Origin: Candidatus Helarchaeota ASGARD archaeon Hel_GB_B | Lineage (GTDB): Archaea; Asgardarchaeota; Lokiarchaeia; Helarchaeales; HEL-GB-B | Direction: 5' to 3' | Length of the DNA stretch: 8,160 nt | NCBI GenBank assembly: GCA_005191425.1 | Contig: SUPR01000127.1 | Span: 1 to 8,160, forward strand | Shown: positions 5,743-8,160 of the stretch, in pieces | Layout of the letters: each line of letters opens with the position of its first letter | How positions within the stretch are numbered: position 1 is the first letter of the stretch | Made by a program: the position numbers and the translations under genes | The notes under the pieces: generated by a model | The model's input: the letters and a program-made list of their open reading frames with translations, nothing else | The model's database searches: none | What the model was told of the DNA's origin: nothing

Positions 5743-6564
5743 ATGAACAGCGTAATTTTTTATTTTTCTCAAGTAATTACGGGTAATACAAAGAAAATAG
5801 CCGAGAAAATTGGAGAAGGATTGAGGTACAATAATAATTCATGCGACCTCATACTTTTAAGAAAAATGAAAAAAGATATTGAAATGATTAAAAGCTTTAA
5901 TTTCGATGATTATGACCTAATTGGAATTGGTGTCCCCGTATATTATTTTCATCCTCCTTATAGTGTTTATCTGACATTGAAAGAATTTCCTATTCTTAAA
6001 AATAAAAAAGGATTCTTATTTTGTACAAGTGGAGGAAACCCAGGGTCTACTCTTTTCCAAATAAAAAAGGTCCTCGATAAAAAAGGTTTAAAAATTATAG
6101 ATGGATATGATAGGTGGAGAGGCTGGGACGTCCATCAGATGTATAGGAATTTCGGTGGATATTTACCTGCTTCTAAAGGACACCCAACACCTGAAGAGCT
6201 AGAAGAAGCCAAAAAATTTGGAATAAAACTTATCGAAAAAGCTAATGACCCAAATGTACCTGAAAAAACAGATTTCTGGACTAAAGAAAATGCTTCAAGT
6301 AAAATGTGGACCTATGAATATATGCAAATCTGGTTTCCGAAACTACCTGGCAAATTTTATGAGGACAGATGTACGCAATGTGGGAGATGTGCTGAAATAT
6401 GTCCAATGGATAAGATTATTTTAAGTCCTTATCCAAAATTCCTTGATATTCCTTGTAATAGATGTTATATTTGCGAATTGATTTGCCCTGAAAAAGCAAT
6501 CGAATGCGATTGGGACAAGCAAATATCATATCTTGAAAATTTGATGAAGAAAAAAAATAAATAA
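5743..6564 (+). CDS. Flavodoxin / 2x[4Fe-4S] ferredoxin fusion (EFR1-type), 273 aa
   Basis: Flavodoxin motifs YFSQVITGNTKKIAE, LIGIGVPVYYF, FLFCTSGG and GHPTPEELEEAKKFG. Two CxxCxxCxxxCP motifs: C210-C220 (CTQCGRCAEICP) and C238-C248 (CNRCYICELICP). Confidence 0.9.
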   Translation: MNSVIFYFSQVITGNTKKIAEKIGEGLRYNNNSCDLILLRKMKKDIEMIKSFNFDDYDLIGIGVPVYYFHPPYSVYLTLKEFPILKNKKGFLFCTSGGNPGSTLFQIKKVLDKKGLKIIDGYDRWRGWDVHQMYRNFGGYLPASKGHPTPEELEEAKKFGIKLIEKANDPNVPEKTDFWTKENASSKMWTYEYMQIWFPKLPGKFYEDRCTQCGRCAEICPMDKIILSPYPKFLDIPCNRCYICELICPEKAIECDWDKQISYLENLMKKKNK

Positions 6565-6582
6565 AGAAAGTTATTAGATTTT

Positions 6583-6625
6583 ATAACAAATTAAGCAATT
6601 AAATTTGTTATCTTTTTATTTTTTT
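6583..6625 (+). terminator. Hairpin plus T-tract between convergent genes
   Basis: Perfect 10-bp inverted repeat ATAACAAATT (6583-6592) / AATTTGTTAT (6602-6611) with a 9-nt loop, followed by C-TTTTT-A-TTTTTTT (6612-6625). Confidence 0.55.
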
Positions 6626-6635
6626 ACTGGAAATA

Positions 6636-7826
6636 TTATGAAAATCCGAATTCTCTATAGACTTCTCTTTGAATAATAAATTTATGAACATTTATTGTTC
6701 CGCCTCCAATTTCAAGTAATTTACTATCTCTATAATATTTTTCTACAGGATATTCATTCGTATATCCAATTCCACCCAAGATACCAACGGCATCAGTTGC
6801 ATTTTGAGTAGCGGCTTTTGCAGAGAAGTTTTTTGCCATAGCACAAATTTTAGTTGAAGGTATATTACCGATATTATCAAGGCTACGGGCTGCCTGTATA
6901 GTAAGTGCTCTTGATGCTTCAACTCTTATAGCCATATCTGCAATATTAAAACTAATACCTTCAAAAAATCTAATATGCATTCCAAATTGAATTCTTTCTT
7001 GACTATATTTAACTGCTTCCTCAAATGCAGCTCTGGCTACGCCTACTCCTTGTGCTGCAATACAACACCTCTCAGAATTCAGTTCGGACATCAAAATATG
7101 AAATCCATGATTTTCTTTCCCTAAAAGATTCTCTTTGGGGACAGCTACATCTTCAAATATTAAGTGTCCGACCGCGGTACCTTTAAGTCCGCATAAATTA
7201 AATCTCTTTTTTACTTTAAATCCTTTCGTCTTAGTTTCAATAATAAAGGAACTCATCCCATTTTTTGGGTGGACTTTTGGAAGCGGAGTTGTTATGGCAT
7301 ATAAATTGATAAAATCTGCCTCTGGGCCATTTGTAATAAAACGTTTTTCCCCATTAATTATATAAAAATCACCCTCTTTAACAGCAGTAGTTTTCATCCC
7401 TACAACATCAGATCCAACGGATGGCTCAGTAATTCCAATGCACCCAATTTTCTCACCTTTGATAATTGGACGTAAATATTTTTCCTTTTGTTCCTCAGTA
7501 CCAAACCTCTGTAAAGGCATACCAAACAAGGCTATAGTAGCAATCCTGGAAAGGTCTACTGCAAGACTAACGCGTGCTATTTCTTCAGCTACAATTGTTT
7601 CTCCAATCATACCCATTTCAATCCCACCATATTTTTTTGGATGAAGCGCTCCTAAAATTTTTTCTTTTCCCATTTCTTTAAGTAGCTTTTTTATTGGCTC
7701 ATAATTATTATTTTCTAATTCATTATTAAAAGGCTTTATTCTATTCTCAGCAAATTCATGGACTTTTTCCCTGAAATCTAATTCCTCTTTTGTATAAAAA
7801 ACATTTAATTTTTTAAAATTTTTCAA
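6636..7826 (-). CDS. Acyl-CoA dehydrogenase, isovaleryl-CoA dehydrogenase-like active-site arrangement, 396 aa (TTG start)
   Basis: YGG; FGTEEQKEKYL; GITEPSVGSDV; INGEKRFITNGPEAD; GLKGT; LIFEDVAVP; LNSERCCIAAQGVG; ERIQFG; LGGIGYTNEYPVEKYYRDSKLLEIGGGT. TTG start is supported by SD-like GAGATGAT 6 nt upstream. Confidence 0.95.
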   Translation of the reverse strand: MKNFKKLNVFYTKEELDFREKVHEFAENRIKPFNNELENNNYEPIKKLLKEMGKEKILGALHPKKYGGIEMGMIGETIVAEEIARVSLAVDLSRIATIALFGMPLQRFGTEEQKEKYLRPIIKGEKIGCIGITEPSVGSDVVGMKTTAVKEGDFYIINGEKRFITNGPEADFINLYAITTPLPKVHPKNGMSSFIIETKTKGFKVKKRFNLCGLKGTAVGHLIFEDVAVPKENLLGKENHGFHILMSELNSERCCIAAQGVGVARAAFEEAVKYSQERIQFGMHIRFFEGISFNIADMAIRVEASRALTIQAARSLDNIGNIPSTKICAMAKNFSAKAATQNATDAVGILGGIGYTNEYPVEKYYRDSKLLEIGGGTINVHKFIIQREVYREFGFS

Positions 7827-7832
7827 GATTTT

Positions 7833-7840
7833 ATCATCTC
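7833..7840 (-). promoter_or_regulatory. SD-like GAGATGAT upstream of the acyl-CoA dehydrogenase TTG start
   Basis: One mismatch to GAGGTGAT, 6-nt spacer to TTG at 7826. Confidence 0.45.
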
Positions 7841-8160
7841 GATATTGTATACTATTCTAAAATCTAATATACAATCGAATAATATAAATTATTGTTATTT
7901 TTTGTTTTTAAAAATTGAAAAATAATAGTTGAATCAGTAAAATTTAATCATAATAAACTTTTTTTTTTAATATATTCGTAATTCAGCGTTGGCTATTAAA
8001 TTTTGACTCTTTTTAATCTTATAAATAATTAATTAAAATATTAATGAAATTCTTCACTTGTGCTATTATAAGAATAAGAATAGATTTCCAAAAAATCTCC
8101 AATTTAAATAATCTAAAAAATTAAGTTTCAATAATCCGTTGAAATAAATTATTATGGATT

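Noticed and set aside
7135-7644. Plus-strand ORFs 7135-7365 and 7438-7644
   Set aside because: Antisense shadows of the acyl-CoA dehydrogenase.
7823-7837. Mini-ORF ATG ATA AAA TCT TGA overlapping the ACAD TTG start
   Set aside because: Its ATG is part of the SD-like GAGATGAT and only four codons are involved; most simply coincidental.
8044-8124. 26-codon plus-strand ORF, and a possible ATG at 8154 at the window edge
   Set aside because: Too short, with no SD or motif; cannot be evaluated without flanking sequence.
1-8160. CRISPR arrays, tRNA/rRNA genes, IS elements, integrases
   Set aside because: No regularly spaced direct repeats, cloverleaf or rRNA-like GC-rich segments, or transposase/recombinase motifs were seen.

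Overview
Gene-dense, intron-free, very AT-rich prokaryotic window (about 28-30% GC by eye). It is most likely from an Asgard archaeon (Lokiarchaeia/Helarchaeales-like). That assignment is an inference from the GGTGAT-type ribosome-binding sites, TTTATAAA boxes, oligo-T terminators, an archaeal-type stand-alone ACD alpha subunit and a Roadblock protein. Six long CDSs are present: a PfkB/ribokinase-family kinase (+), an extended Roadblock/LC7 protein (-), an ADP-forming acyl-CoA synthetase alpha-like subunit (+), a membrane glycerophosphodiester phosphodiesterase (-), a flavodoxin-2x[4Fe-4S] ferredoxin fusion (+) and an isovaleryl-CoA-dehydrogenase-like acyl-CoA dehydrogenase (-). There is also a 49-codon small ORF missing from the ORF track. 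The standout is the phosphodiesterase at 3787-5316. It has the 5TM + extracellular GDPD domain + 1TM architecture of the vertebrate six-transmembrane GDE2/GDE3/GDE6 enzymes that cleave GPI anchors, and, from my recollection of human GDPD5, it resembles them along its whole length. It is therefore a candidate overlooked eukaryotic-signature protein. No rRNA, tRNA, CRISPR array or mobile element is evident. All homology statements are from pattern recognition and memory, not database searches.
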